DNA from: Camelus dromedarius
Taxonomy: Eukaryota
Direction of reading: 5' to 3'
DNA length: 64,000 nt
NCBI RefSeq assembly: GCF_036321535.1
Contig: NC_087437.1
Coordinates: 95,916,001 to 95,980,000, forward strand
A program made the position numbers and the translations under genes. The notes under the pieces are model-generated. The model saw only the letters and a list, made by a program, of their open reading frames with translations. It did not search any database and was not told the DNA's origin. This document shows positions 40,025 to 53,822 of the stretch, piece by piece; the stretch's first letter is position 1, and the number at the start of each line of letters is the position of its first letter.

Positions 40025-40926
40025 AGGACCTGAGTAGGCATTTCTCCATAGAAGACTTACAGATGTCCAATGGGTACATGAAAAGATGCTCAACATTCTA
40101 ATCATCAGGGAAATGCAAATCAAAGCCACAAAGAGAGATCACCTTACACATATCAGAATGTCTATCATCAAAAAGGCAAGAAATAATAAGTGTTGGCAAG
40201 GATGTGGAGAAAAAGGAAACCTAGCACACTGTTGGTGGGAATGTAAATTGGTATAGCTACTCTGGAAAACAGTATGGAGTTTCCTCAAAAAATTAAAAAT
40301 AGAACTGCCACACAATCCAACATTTTCACTCCTGGATATTTATTCAAAGAAAACAAAAACACTAGTTCAAAAAGATATATACACCCCAATGTTCATAGCA
40401 GCATTATTTACAATAGGCAAGATATGGAAGCAAACCAAGTGCCCATCGGCAGATATGTAGTTAAAGAGGTGGCAAATACATACAATGGAGTATTACTGAG
40501 TCACACGAAGAATGAAATCTTACCATCTGCAACAGCATGGATGGACCTGGAGAGCATTATGCTTAGTGAAATAAGCCAGAGAAAGTCAAAACTGTATGTT
40601 TTCACCTATATGTGGAATCTAAAAAGCAAAGCAAATGAACAAGCATAACAAAATAGGAACAGGCTCACAGATACAGAGAACAACTAGTGGTTAACACAGG
40701 GAGAGAGGCAGGGGTAGGGGCAAAATAGGTGAAGGGGCTTAAGAGCTACAAAGTACCAATTTTAAAACAAGTAAGTCACTGGGATGTCACATACATCACA
40801 AGGAATATAGTCAGTATTTTATAATCACTTCGCATGGTGTGTAATCTGTAAAAAAAATTGAATCACTATGTTGTACACCTGAAAGTAATATGATATTGTA
40901 AGTCAGTTATACTTCAGTCATTTTTT
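40025..40926 (+). mobile_element. 5'-truncated L1 (ORF2 C-terminus plus 3' UTR), intermediate age
   Basis: atgaaaagatgctcaac...ggaaatgcaaatcaaagccaca...; ORF-track peptide KNEILPSATAWMDLESIMLSEISQ; probable TSD aattctccctctc (40012-40024) / aatttccctctc (40929-40940). Confidence 0.92.
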
Positions 40927-41864
40927 AAAATTTCCCTCTCTGATGAGCCTACAGTGTTTTTTCTTATTTACTCTCGAGATGGGTTCACTTTTAATCCTGT
41001 AACCACCATGGAGGGCAGATCCACTACTCAGAATTTCTTCATCTAGAACTGCTGGCAGGACACGTTATTGACTTTTGTGCCTTATCTGTGCCCACTTGCC
41101 TTTACTTTCTGAAATCCTGATGCTGACGCTGATGATAAGACATAACTTTCTTTCCTGGAATTACACCCCGTTGCCTGAAGACAAAGCTTGTAATCTCAAT
41201 TTTACACAGGAACTCTACTAGTGAAGCATTTTATTTGACTCAAATTTCATTACTGTCTCCACCCTCAAGGCTCTGGCATTGTTTTAAAAGAAATGGGCCA
41301 GACGACAATCAGAGGATAACTAAGTATTACAGTGAGCAGGGTTTGATTCATTACACTGGGAATTCACATCCAGCCATTGTCCCAAGGAGTTAAGGAGCCC
41401 ATGGTTTTGGATTAATGTGACAATCCAATTGCCCTTTCCAGCATTTACTTTTTCTTCTCCCCTTCTGACTCTTGCTGCCCACTTAGTTCCTGTAAGATTA
41501 GCCTATTCATTCTCTGACTTGTTTGGATTTCCAGTGGCTATTCAGCTTAAGACCTACTGCTGGAACCTGTGCTGCACAAAATAAATGGAAGTGTAAGAAA
41601 ATAAATGACTATTTAATTCAGAGGAGAGAAGAAGTTGCTCATACTGTAATATTGATTTGCACCACTGAAATGATGACACGTACATGGTGGACATGGATCA
41701 AGAATCCTGAAACTAAAGAGAGTCCCAGAGGGGCCAATGGAACAACAATGAAGCAGAGGGATCCAAAAGAATAGTTCTTGAATACTCCAATTTTTAAGCC
41801 ATTGCTGATGATTATTTATATGAATAAATTTAGGAATCTATGATATAACATATGACTTTTTTGT

Positions 41865-42070
41865 AAACCAGAAATTTAGGTTTAGTCCTGGCCCAACTAC
41901 TACCATTTTACTTGTGAAAATTTCAGCAAATCTGTGTGAGGCTTAATTTATGCATCTGTGAAATTAGGGATAATTGTCTATTGTTATCTTTATGAAACAC
42001 AGAAACATTGAGATAATAATTGTGAAAGTACTGTGCACATTATAAAACTTGTAAATATAAGATAGTCTTA
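41865..42070 (+). mobile_element. MIR fragment
   Basis: ggtttagtcctggccc...catctgtgaaattagggataat...gagataataattgtgaaagtactgtg. Confidence 0.6.
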
Positions 42071-44044
42071 GAATTTCAGCAAGAATTTTGCAGGAATGTG
42101 GTACTATGGAAAGCTGGATAAAGAATGGCAGAGATGTCTCTAAAGGAATAATAAATTTGCAAGTTTATTTTATAATGACAATTTAGGCATTAATAGGATA
42201 ACAGAATCTCCTTTGGGAACACCATAGCATCTTCATCAAATTTGTTAGTAGAAGGGTTTTCATATTCTGTATTGAATAGTATCCTTCCACTAAATAATAT
42301 CTGAAAGATTTATGTGTTTTCATAGTACCATTTTTATCATGTATAAGTATGTAAATTTGGAAAGAAGAGGGAAAAGCCTTTTATTCACATTGATAGAATT
42401 ATGGATGATTTTGTTACATTTGTAAATGGAATAGCAATCAACAAATATTACCTAAAAATTGTTCTCATAGGGAAGGATGCCTGCATCTTAAGCTAAGGAT
42501 GGATAATACCACTTATGTAAAATTTTGCTTTTGGCACCATTCTGAAATGAAAACTTTTCATTTTAATCCCTCAGTTATCATGAATAATACTTCACTTTTA
42601 ATTGATCATCATCATAACTCATCATCAAATTATCAAATTGAGCTCCTCTTGTGAAAGGCACTACAGAAAATAAAATAATGAAGATGAACCCTGCCACTTT
42701 TTTATTCTGTGAAATAATTGTAGAGGAAGCATCTCTCTGTAGACTTTCACTGTTCATCTGTATTTATTCCTAAGGAAAAGGGTCTTTCCTACCTTCCATC
42801 CTGAAAATGCTGTCATGCAGGAGAGATTTCAAAGAAGGCAGGCCAGGAGGCAGCAACCAAAGTAACTGTCTCAAATAGGAACAATTTCCCTATCTCTGCC
42901 CCACAGATATGGGTGTGAAAGCATCTTCCCTTAAACACATAAAACATGCTATACAGACAAAATTAGCCAGAAGAATCTAGGTCAAAAGGAGCCCCAATCA
43001 TCCCTCTAGAGTTCTTGCCTTCTTTTCCATGGACCTCCCTCCTTGCCAGTGCTGGAAATGATATTTTAGAGACACAATTTAGCAATATAACCAGTTAAAT
43101 ACAGAAGGATAGCAGCAAATATCATTTCCCTCCAAAAGAAAGAATCATCTTCACTCAATGTGGAGTCCAGGGATAGGGAACCTTGATTCTCTTCTACATG
43201 CCGCCATCCCAGACAAAGCCTCCTGGTCCAGGGTGCCCTGCCTTTGAGGAAACCTCCCCCGCCGGTAGGACTGTTACAGAAGAAAGAACCTTATGCAGCT
43301 ACATAGGGGGAAGTATTTCTGAAGTATGTGTGGGTGGTCTGTTAAAACAATAAGGTGTAAAATGAAGCTCTTTGCAAATAGGTCACCCTGCATATAAATA
43401 TGAATATATATATATATATATATACATACACACATACATTATCTGTGTATATAATTAGATGTAATTGAAATAATAAGAAGCCTCTGGGAGAGATGATATG
43501 TTATTAAATTAAGGCTTTCAGGTTTTCTTTCTTTCTGCAGCAAATTAATTTTATAGAAAAAAGAAGTCTTTGTGAAATATGAATCACAAAGGAGACACTT
43601 TCCCCAACCTCCACATTTCCCTATTTAGCTAATTATCATTTCCACAGATATACGTACACATAGTTCATTCATATATATTCTGCTCAAAAATTATTTTGGA
43701 AAAAGCATTTATTTCCTAAATATTATTTAATCTTAAGCTACCCATGAACCAATATATTTATAAGAGAAATCAGAGTTTAGGTATACCAAATATAAATAGT
43801 TTTAGCATTTCAGTGTGCCAGGAAGCATAAATAAAATATCACTAGATCCTCATATCAACCCCACACTCTACCTAGAGGTTTTGGGGGTGGTATTTTGTTT
43901 GTTTCTGGGGATAGGGAAGGGGTAGAGATCCCTTTGGAACCCATCCAAAGATATTTTCAAATTCGTACTATGTCCTCCATACCTGTACTCTTTCTACATA
44001 CATTTGATCCCTCACAACATTTCCTCTTTCTTTCTTCTCCCTGC

Positions 44045-44330
44045 TGTATTAAACAAGACTGTCCAGGGAAACCAACAGGATGTGTATGTGTATACGTTCA
44101 AACAAAGTGAGAAGGAGGAAGATCTATATTAAGAAATTGGCTCATGAGATTGTAGAGGTTTGTGATGCCTTCACCTGATTGAATGAGGCCCACCCATACT
44201 ATGGCATGTAATCTGTTCTCTACTCGCAAAAAAAAAAAAAAAAAAAAAAAAGAACTTCACAGAATAATGTTTTACTAAATATCTGGGCACCATGGCCCCA
44301 CTAAGTTAACACATGAGATTAATCATCACA
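44045..44330 (-). mobile_element. MLT2-type (ERV-L) solo LTR with internal deletions
   Basis: tgtatt...taagaaattggctcatgagattgtagagg...ctgattgaatgaggcccaccc...aatatctgggcacc...attaatcatcaca; 5-bp TSD cctgc (44040-44044) / ccagc (44331-44335). Confidence 0.85.
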
Positions 44331-46639
44331 CCAGCTATTAAAAATAGTTGTCTTGCTGTTGACATCTATGTATCTCCAGAAAGTATTTTAAAAAGACACA
44401 CTAGTGAAAAGTTTCTCTGTGATAAAAACCAAGTGGAACAAGGGAGAAAAATAGGCCTTGTGAGGAATTTAAAGCCAGTTCTGCTGTTCTGTGTAGGTGA
44501 TTCACCTCAGTTAAATTAGTTACTTGAGCTATGCTTTCTCATCTGTAAAATGAGGATAGATCTTTCCACTAATTCACATTTCATTGATTTGCACCTGTTT
44601 GAGAAATACAGATTGAATCACTAGTTTTCTGCTATAATTAGGGATAAAAACGTTTTATCCAAGCTATTTTTTGCTTGTTAGTTTTTTAAAAAATATTTTC
44701 AGCTGTATTGGATAGAGTGAATTTTATAAAGAAAATATCTGAAATCCTCCATAGCTGAATCCCTTTCCCTTTTGTTTATTTTCCTCACTATTTAACTGTT
44801 TAAATATAGGAGAATATAAAAGATAGAAACTAAATAGCAACTACCCATAATAGTCTTAAAAGCACAAATTTATAACTTTTCTAAAAATCGGAAGTGATCT
44901 TTCTCCATAAGGTAAACTTGCATGGTGACTGACTGAGGTCTATCATAGAAACAACTTCAATTACAAAGAGAGGAAAGAGAGGACAGAATTTCTTCAGTTT
45001 TGCTCAATTCCAATTTGACCATTTGGTGTCTCCTGGTCTCATGTCTTTCTGAGGGCAACCATTTGCCCTTAAGAAAGTTTAACTTGAAGCTTAAAGTGAA
45101 TATTCAATTATAGTTCTTTGATTAGTAATGGTCTTCGAACTTTAAGACAGAAGTTAGGTTGTTTTACTATTTAATTTTCCCGTCTTAAATCTCACATTGT
45201 GGTGACTCTTTTGGTGAGAACTTCAGTGGTGTGTATCCATCATATTTAAAATAATAAAATACAACATTTTGAGTGTGATAAGTATAGTGCCACCACTGTC
45301 ATTATTTTAAGGAAATTATTACAGGGAGAAAACAAAAGTGGATTTTTGGTTTGTTACTGAACAGAGGATTAATTTTCAAAGAAAATTTTATTCACATTCA
45401 TTCTCCCAGTGACATCACTGAGAGAGGAACAGAGAAAAAAAAGTACATTTGCTCAGTATTTGTTTTTTATAAGGAAGAATTTAACTATAATTAGAATGGC
45501 AATCTTTAAAATCTTTGACTGATATATAATATATTCAGAAATTAAGTATGTTTATACAATCCAAGGATGAAAAATAAAGATACAATGCTTGCTCTAGTGT
45601 TCACATTAAGCGTTTAGATAAATGTGTGTATATATATATATATATATACACACACACATATACATGATATCATATTACATATATGTCAAATATATGTCAT
45701 ATTCCTCTCCAGTGAACAATAATTTATTTTTCTCTCTTGGTCATATTTTACCACTCACAGTTTTCTCAATCACAAAACTTTACAGGCAGAAAATAATCAA
45801 CAATTTTACTCCAGAGTGTGTGCAAATGTTTTCATACAGCTCTGTTATTAACAATAATGACCTCAGCACAATGCAGTTCCAGGGGAATTCATGACTAGGG
45901 TTAATGGCCTGAAGCGAAGCCATCCAGTCATGAATCCCTAAGAAATACCCTGTGCTTTGATCATTATTGCTTCATTACAACATACAAATAATCAGAAGCA
46001 ATTACAGTGGGAACTCTGGGAACAGTTCAGCCTTGAAAATTAACTCTTCCTGGGTCGATGCTACTGAAGATTTCACTGCTTCCAGTAATTTAGCATAAAG
46101 AATCCTGTAACAAAAAAGAATTGATACAAATGACACTGAAATGGACTGTGATCCTGACCAGTATTCTAATTGAAATTAGAGATGTGCATGGCTAACCAAA
46201 GAAAGTGAAATGAGCTTGTGCAAATAAAACACCAAGCAAGACAACCTAAACTAAGTATTTTTAAACAGGCATTTATCTCATGCTCAGAAAAAGTTTAAAA
46301 ATGTATACTACAATCATGCCCGTATTTTGACAAATTCAAGGAAAATATTAAAGGGAAGAAAAAATATAATCGATAAAAATCTTGAAATTCATTTTTGCAT
46401 AAATTTTATGAAAATTTTGGGGGCAAAAAGGCAAAAATAAAATAAAATAAATTAACTTTGCCTATCTGCATTTGTGTATAATGTAAAACTTTTCCAAAGC
46501 ACTGCATATGTTGTCGCATTAAAGGATGCTTGGGTAAATTCTTACAAAATGAATATACATATTTAATAAAAATCAGAAATAAGAATATATTTTCTTGCTT
46601 TAATGGCTTCTGCCCCACAAGACTTCTTGAACTAACTGC

Positions 46640-47340
46640 TCACTAACAATGTCTTCATCAAGAAGTTTAATAGCCTGTTCACATATTGCTTTCCCCCACT
46701 TAGTTCAAGATAAACATTGACATAGTTAAACTTGCTATTTTTTTTTTTTGAAGTTCTTTTCCCTTGGCTTTTATGACAAACGTTTCTCCTTTCTGTCTGA
46801 CTACCAACACATTGAGTCTTTGACAATCACCTTTGACATCTGTTTCTCCTCCCATTCTTAAAATTTAGGTATCCAGCAAGGGTTATTTTTGACATTATTT
46901 TTTTTCTCTTCCAGCACCCTAATAATCCTGGAATATCATTTGCTTCCACAAGTTTAATGATTTTCCTTTTAGATATGTACCAAGCCTATTTCTCTATTTC
47001 AATCCTCTCTCAAACTATGACCTCCTATCTATCTACTAGACATGAGGCCATATACGTGCTTTCAGCAATTCAAGATATTATATTTAAGCCTAACTCATCA
47101 CCTCATTCTTCTGCTTCTTTATTAATCCTCCCCTTGTTCAAAACATCTACTTTTTGACAACATCTGCAGTCACCAGTTGAGTTCTATTAACTCCACATCC
47201 AGGTTTTGTAGATTTGATCTCCCTATAATTCTAACATTAATTTGTCTCTTTTAATTATGTATTTATATGCCTAATTATTCTTTAATCTGAATTATTTCAG
47301 TAGGCCTTATGTGGTTTTAATATTTCTTAGTCTACCACAA
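46640..47340 (+). mobile_element. L2 fragment
   Basis: cttttcccttggcttttatgaca...tttctcctttctgtctgac...aagcctaactcatca. Confidence 0.6.
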
Positions 47341-47790
47341 ATAATATATACTTAATGAGACGTTTTCTCATTTTGCCTCCAGTTAAATGTAAAATATGAT
47401 GGATACTCGAGCTTTGGCATGTCAGCTAAGGTCTGAATCCTGGCCTCAGTAATTACCATAGATATGACATTGGGGAAATTACTGCATTGTATTCTCAATA
47501 CTGACAGAAGTAATAACGCCTATATTATAAGCTATTACAAAATATAAACTAATAATTATAACAAGCCTCTGATTTCACGTTAATTATTTTGCTGAAACTT
47601 TTATTGGATCTGGCAATGTATATACATGATAAATATGCCTTGAATAAAACTAATGAATCCTATCATAGCTGTTTAGGTATCTGTTCCTTTCTGATCCCCC
47701 TAACTTATTCCTGCTGCATAAATCCAAAGCGGCCTATATGCTGCCTCAAAACAAAGACAATTTACTTATTTTCTTAAAGTATACAGTGCT

Positions 47791-50700
47791 GGTTTTTCAT
47801 TCCCACTTGGGATATAATAAACAGGAAAAAGTAAAACTCCCACCATTAAAATAACAACAACAAAACTGACAAACTTCAAATTCACAGCTTTTCCTAAGCC
47901 CATCAGAAAGCTAGTTTGCAGAGTGACTAAATAACCTGAAAAAGAAAAGAAAAAGAAGAAGACAATGTACTCTTGTTAAGGAAAACAGGAATTTATGGAC
48001 CAAAATCAGAAATGACACAGAGGTTGGAAATATCAGATGGTGAACTGAAAACAACTATGATTAGTATCAAAGCTAAATGTTGCAATGCAAAAGATGGAAG
48101 ATGTGCGAAGTCAGGTAGGTGTTCTCAATAGAGTGATGAGACCGTAAGAAACAAGTAGAAATAACAGAAATGAAAAATACAGTAAAAGATGAGGAATGCC
48201 TTCAACAGACTCATTTGTAGACTCAAAACAGCTACGGAATAGGTCAGTGAAATGTCTGTAGAAGATGCCAAACTGAATGAGAGGGAAAAAAACCCTACAG
48301 AATAGAATGTTCAAAAGCTGATCAGATGATCTAACCTGCATGTATTTGGACTTCTGGAGGCTAAAGAGAAAGAACAGAGAAATGTATAAATAAATAATGG
48401 CCAAGAATTATCCAAAGTTAATAATAAATATCAAACCATATATTTAAAAAGATCATAGAACAACAGCAGGATTAAATAAATGAATAAGCTCATACATCTA
48501 GGCATCCCATATTCAAACTGCTGAAAATCAAAGACAAGGAGAGACTCTAGAAGGCAGCCAGGGGAAAACAAAGATACCGTATATACAAAGGAACAAAGAT
48601 AAGAATCAAAGACGGCTTCTTGTTAGATACCATGCAAGCTAGAACACCATCAAGTGACGTCTTTTAAGTGCTGAAAGAAAAAAACCAAGAAGCAAAACCA
48701 TCTATACTCAGTGAGAATATTTCTTATAAATGAAAGATTTTCTGAGGCAAACCCAAACTGAGAAAAGTCATTGCCAATAGCTCTACATTACAAGAAAATC
48801 TTGAAGGAAATTTTCAAGCAGAAGGAATATGATACTAGACAGTACCTTGAATCTACACAAGAAATAAATAGGACTGGAACTAAAATGAGTGAAGGCAAAA
48901 TAAAATTTATTTTTTCTTTCTGGCTCTGAAAGATAACTATCTAAAAGTAAGACTAGTAGTGATACATTCTACTTATATCATATGTAAAATTAAAATGTAT
49001 TAAAGCAGTAACAAAAATTGGAGAGAGGAATTAGAAATATATCGTAAAATTATTTGAAAGTATACTCTGTGCTTCCTGTATACACTAGGAAAACTACTTC
49101 ATTTTTTTAAAGAGGTATAAGTAATAGATCAACAATGGAGCTAAGACAAAATCATAAAAACTGCTCAATTACTCCCAGGGAAGGCAGAAAAGAGAAAAAG
49201 TGAAGCAAAGAACAGATCAAAAAACAGAAAATAGCTAGCAAATAATAGATTTTATTCTAACTATAGCTATAATTACACTAAATGTAAGTGGTTCAAACAC
49301 ATCAATTGCTGGTGAGAGGTTGTCATATTGGATAAAAAAGATAAACACACATAAATGCCATCTACAAAAAGTACACTTTAAATATAAACATAGGTAGCTT
49401 AAAAGTAAAATATGGAAAAAGATATGCCATGCAAACGCAATTCAAAATAAAGCTGGAGTAACTATATTAATATCAAGCAAAGTAACTTTAGAAATAAGAA
49501 AATTAAAAGGGACAAAGAGTGACATTACATAATGATAAAGTGTCCAATCTTCTAAAAAATATTAACTGTCCTAAATATGTATTCACCCTATAATTTCAAA
49601 ATACATAAAACAAAAGCTGATAGAACTGAAAATTACAGGGTGAATACACATTTAGCAATCTGTAAGGATAGCTGAAGACTTAAATACTCCTCTTTCAATA
49701 ATTGATAGAATAAGTAGGCATAAAATCAGCAATATCCATCACTTTAACATTTACAGAATACTTCACCCAGCAGCAGTAAAACACACATTTTTAATGCATT
49801 TGGAATAGTCACCAAAATTCATATGGTATATATGTACCATAGAACATACTTTAATAAATATTAAAATATAGATATCATGCAAAGTATGTTTTTAGGCCAT
49901 AATGACCTAAAACGTTAACTGATCACAAAAAACTGACCACAAAATATTAAATTAGAAATCATTAACAGAAAACTATCTGGACAATTTCAAAATACTTGCA
50001 ATTTTAAAAAAATCACACTTCAATGAGTCAGAGAGGATGGACAAAAAAAACTCCACAAAAAACTAGGAAAAACAACACAAAAGCAAATTACACTTAAAGG
50101 AAATAAATAATAAAGAGCACAATAAAAACAATAGAAAAAAATCAACCAAAGTCTCCTTCTTTGAAAAGATTAATGACATTAGTAAGCATATAGACTAATT
50201 AACCAAAAAAACAAAAAAATGAAAAATCATAATATACCAATACTAGGAATGAAAAATGAATTATCGTACATAATTCATGGGCAATAAACTGTTAATACGG
50301 GAAAAGCATGAAAAACACTTAGATACCTTGGACCAGTTCTTTGAAACACACAAATTTCCAGACCTTACCCGAGAAGAAATAAATAGTCTGAAGGTTCCTG
50401 CAATGATTCAAAATTTGGATTAATAGTTACAAATCTTTTCATGGCAGAAAATTCCAGGTACAGATAATTTCACTGGTGACATCTATCGAACATTCAGGGA
50501 AGAAATAATTAGTGATATTGAGCATTTTTTCATATGCCTATTGATCGTTTGTATTTCTTCCTTGGAGAATTGCTTGTTTAGGTCTTCTGCCCATTTTTGG
50601 ATATTCAAGGAAGAAATAATTCAAATTCTCTGCAACCTTTTTAGAAAAAAGAAGAAGAGGGAGACTTCCCAAGTTATTTTATGAAGCCATAGTTACCTTT

Positions 50701-53106
50701 ATATCAAAACCAAAGACATTGGAAGAAAAGAAAATTGCAGACCGATAGCTTCCATAAGTATAAATTTCAAAATCTCAAAATTATGATGAAACCAATTTCA
50801 CAAGCATGTAAGTAAAGCATAACATCACAAACAGGCAAGATTTATTCTGTGAATGCAAGACTGATATAATATTTGTTAATCAATCCATGTACTTCATATT
50901 GATAGACTAAGAAAAGCCATGATTATTTCAATAAGTGTAGGAAAAGCATCTGACAAAATTCCACATTCCATCAATGATTAAAAACTCTTAGCCAACTAGG
51001 AATAGATAGGACCTTCTCAAACTGACAAAGGCTTCTACAAAAGACCTGCAGCCAATATCATACTTCTGTCTTATTTTTCCTACTCAAGATGGGGAATAAG
51101 GCAAGGACTTTGCTCTCACAATTTTCAGTCAACATGCTGAAAGTCTCGGACAATGCAATAAAGCAACAAAAGAGAATAAAGGCATCCAGACTGGAAAAGA
51201 ATAATCGAAATATTCTCTATTCACAAATAATATAACTGTATATGTATATTCATGAACTGTATATGTATATTCTGCAAAACGTTCTAGCATTAAGTGAGTT
51301 TAACTCCATACGAAATTGTAGTATACAAGACCAATATATTTTTTAAAATCAATTGTATTCTCTATAGCAGTAATGAGCAACTGAAATGCAAAATGTAAAA
51401 AAAAAAAAACAATACAATTTACAATAGCACCAAAGAAAAAGAAATACTTAGATATAAATATAAGAAGATATTTGCAGACTCATTATGCTGAACCCTATAA
51501 AAAAATGAAAGAAAAGCAGAATTAATAGAGTTATACAATGATTATAGATAAGAGGACTCAGTAGTGTTAAGATGTTAATTATTCTTAAATTGGGATTTTT
51601 CATCTTAATAAAAATCCCAGCATGACATTTATAGAAATTGACAAGCATATTCTAGCATTCATATGGAAAGGCAAAGTAATTAGGATAGCTGAAAGAAAGT
51701 TGGAGAATTCACATTACTTGATTTCAAGCTTTGCTTTAAATCTACAGTTAAAAAAAAAAGCATTATATCGACAAAAGGAGACATGTATCAGTTGAATAGG
51801 AAAGAGAATCAAGAAATAAACCCACACAAATATAGTAAAAAGATTTTTGGTTAAGTTGCAGAGGCAGCTGAATGGAAAAAATATGGTCTTATCAAATGAT
51901 GCTGGAATAAGTGGACATTTATATGCAAACAAAACTAAACAAAAAATTAACCCATACTTCACACCTCATGCAAAAATTAAATCAAGATGTATCATAGACT
52001 TAAATATAAAAAACTATAAAACTTCCTGAACACATATAAAAATATCTTTGTAGCCTTTGATTAGGCCAAGAGTTCTTAAATATGACCCCCAAAAAGGCAC
52101 AATTTATAAAAGAAACAAGTGGTTAAAAGTGGGCTTTAATCAAAATTAAAAACTTTAATTTAACCATAGACTGTAAGAAATATTTGCAGATGATTTATCT
52201 CAAAGGAATTATATCTAGAATATATAATGACTTTTCTAACTCACCAGTAATGAAACAAACAAAAACCCTAATTTTAAAAATAGGTGAAAGATTTGAAAAT
52301 ATATTTACCATGGGAGATAAATAGGTATAAATGAGAATGTGAAAAGATGCTCAACATAATTTTTAGGGAAACTGAAGTTAAATCAACAATGTTAAACCTA
52401 TTTGAATTACTTTTTTAAAAAGAAAGAAATGAAAAAGAAAACGACAAGAGCAGATCCTGGCAAGTCATAGAGCACACAGAACAGCCACGCATAACTGGCA
52501 GGAAAGCAGAAATGATGCTGCCACGTTAGAAAAGGCAGTTGGCCATGTAATATAAAATTAACCTTAGGATCCATCGTTCCCACTGATAGGAAGAAATGAA
52601 AACTTACAGTCATCAAAAACCTGCATATAAATATTTATAGCAACTTTATTTATAATAACAAAAAATAAGAAACCACCTTGATCGCTCTTATCTGGGAATG
52701 GGTAAACAAACTGGTGCATCCATGCAATGGAAAACTACTCAGCAATAAAAATAAATGAACTACTGATATACTTCAGCACATGTTAAAACCTCAAGTGCAT
52801 TATTTTACTAAGTAAAATAACTCATATACAAAAGGTGATTATACAAGTTATTGTATAGTTATCTTTAAATAGCATTATGGAAAACATAAAACTGTAGGGA
52901 TAAAAGACAGACAGATGGTTGCTGAAGGTTGGGGTTGGGAAGGATGCCTTACTACAAAAGGAGAACATGAGGGAATTTTCTGGTTGGTGGAAACATTCTA
53001 TATCTTGATTCTAGTGGTGAACATACAGATATATGCATTTCTCAAAACTCACAGAATCAAAAAGAGTAGATTTTGTTTCAAGTAAATTAAAAGTGTAAAC
53101 TTATAA
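47791..53106 (+). mobile_element. Ancient near-full-length L1 (L1MD/ME-like): 5' end, decayed ORF1, ORF2 and 3' UTR, with internal deletions
   Basis: ORF1-like ~48000-48850; ORF2 EN start aattacactaaatgtaagtggttcaaac (~49270); degenerate RT FADD region ~51215-51245; 3' UTR to ~53100. TSD aaagtatacagtgct (47776-47790, preceded by tt) / aaagtcaacagtgct (53107-53121). Confidence 0.88.
50511..50602 (-). mobile_element. Tailless internal fragment of a younger L1 ORF2, antisense, with 19-bp TSD
   Basis: Reverse complement atccaaaaatgggcagaagacctaaacaagcaattctccaaggaagaaatacaaacgatcaataggcatatgaaaaaatgctcaatatcact; flanks attcagggaagaaataatt (50492-50510) / attcaaggaagaaataatt (50603-50621). Confidence 0.85.
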
Positions 53107-53520
53107 AAAGTCAACAGTGCTTAGGAAGTCTTTACTGAAAATTGGTGAGCATTAAATTTAATTGCGTGCCAGGGAGATCATAAATAATTCCAAGCACAAA
53201 CATAGGCAAGTTCTATTGATCAGTAGTAGGAAGTACTCCAACCCAAGGTTATAGAGCTTATTTTGACTTAGACCTAAATCTATATGGATTATCCAAACCA
53301 GGGATATCCTGTATTCAAGTTAGCTTTGAAATTTTTCTTCAAACCTTTGAAAAGGTAAAAAGAGAAGTTCTAGGGAAGTTTTATGATGCTCTAACTTTTG
53401 TTTCAACAAGGGCTTAAGACTTTGGGAAGATTAATCAATTTATTTAACATCACAGAATGTTTTAATAAGTGTAAAGTTAGCTTATACTTGAATCTTCCCT
53501 CATTTCTAAATGAATGTCAG

Positions 53521-53647
53521 TGTATTGTTTTCTTATTGCTGCTGTAACAAATTACTACAAACCTAGTGGCTTAAAACAAGCCACGTTTATTATTTTATAG
53601 TGCTGAAGATCAGAAGTCTGAAATGGGTTCCCTTGGGCTAAGATCAA
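53521..53647 (-). mobile_element. MLT1C/D-like LTR 3' fragment
   Basis: tgtatt...attgctgctgtaacaaattactacaaacctagtggcttaaaacaa...tcagaagtctgaaatggg. Confidence 0.85.
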
Positions 53648-53684
53648 AAAGAATGTCACCAAGGAAAAACTGTATAGAATGCAA

Positions 53685-53822
53685 CATGTAATATATCATA
53701 TTATATTTATTATGATATATAATAAACTTATATGTAACATTAATATAAAATATATATCATAATATAAATTTTAAAATGTATAATATAGATTATATAAATC
53801 ATCATATATATAAATTTTTTAT
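53685..53822. repeat. AT-rich low-complexity (TA)-derived tract
   Basis: Almost exclusively A/T with degenerate TATA periodicity. Confidence 0.8.

Noticed and set aside
40274..40648. 124-aa ORF as a gene
   Set aside because: Frameshifted L1 ORF2 end/3' region within a 5'-truncated element.
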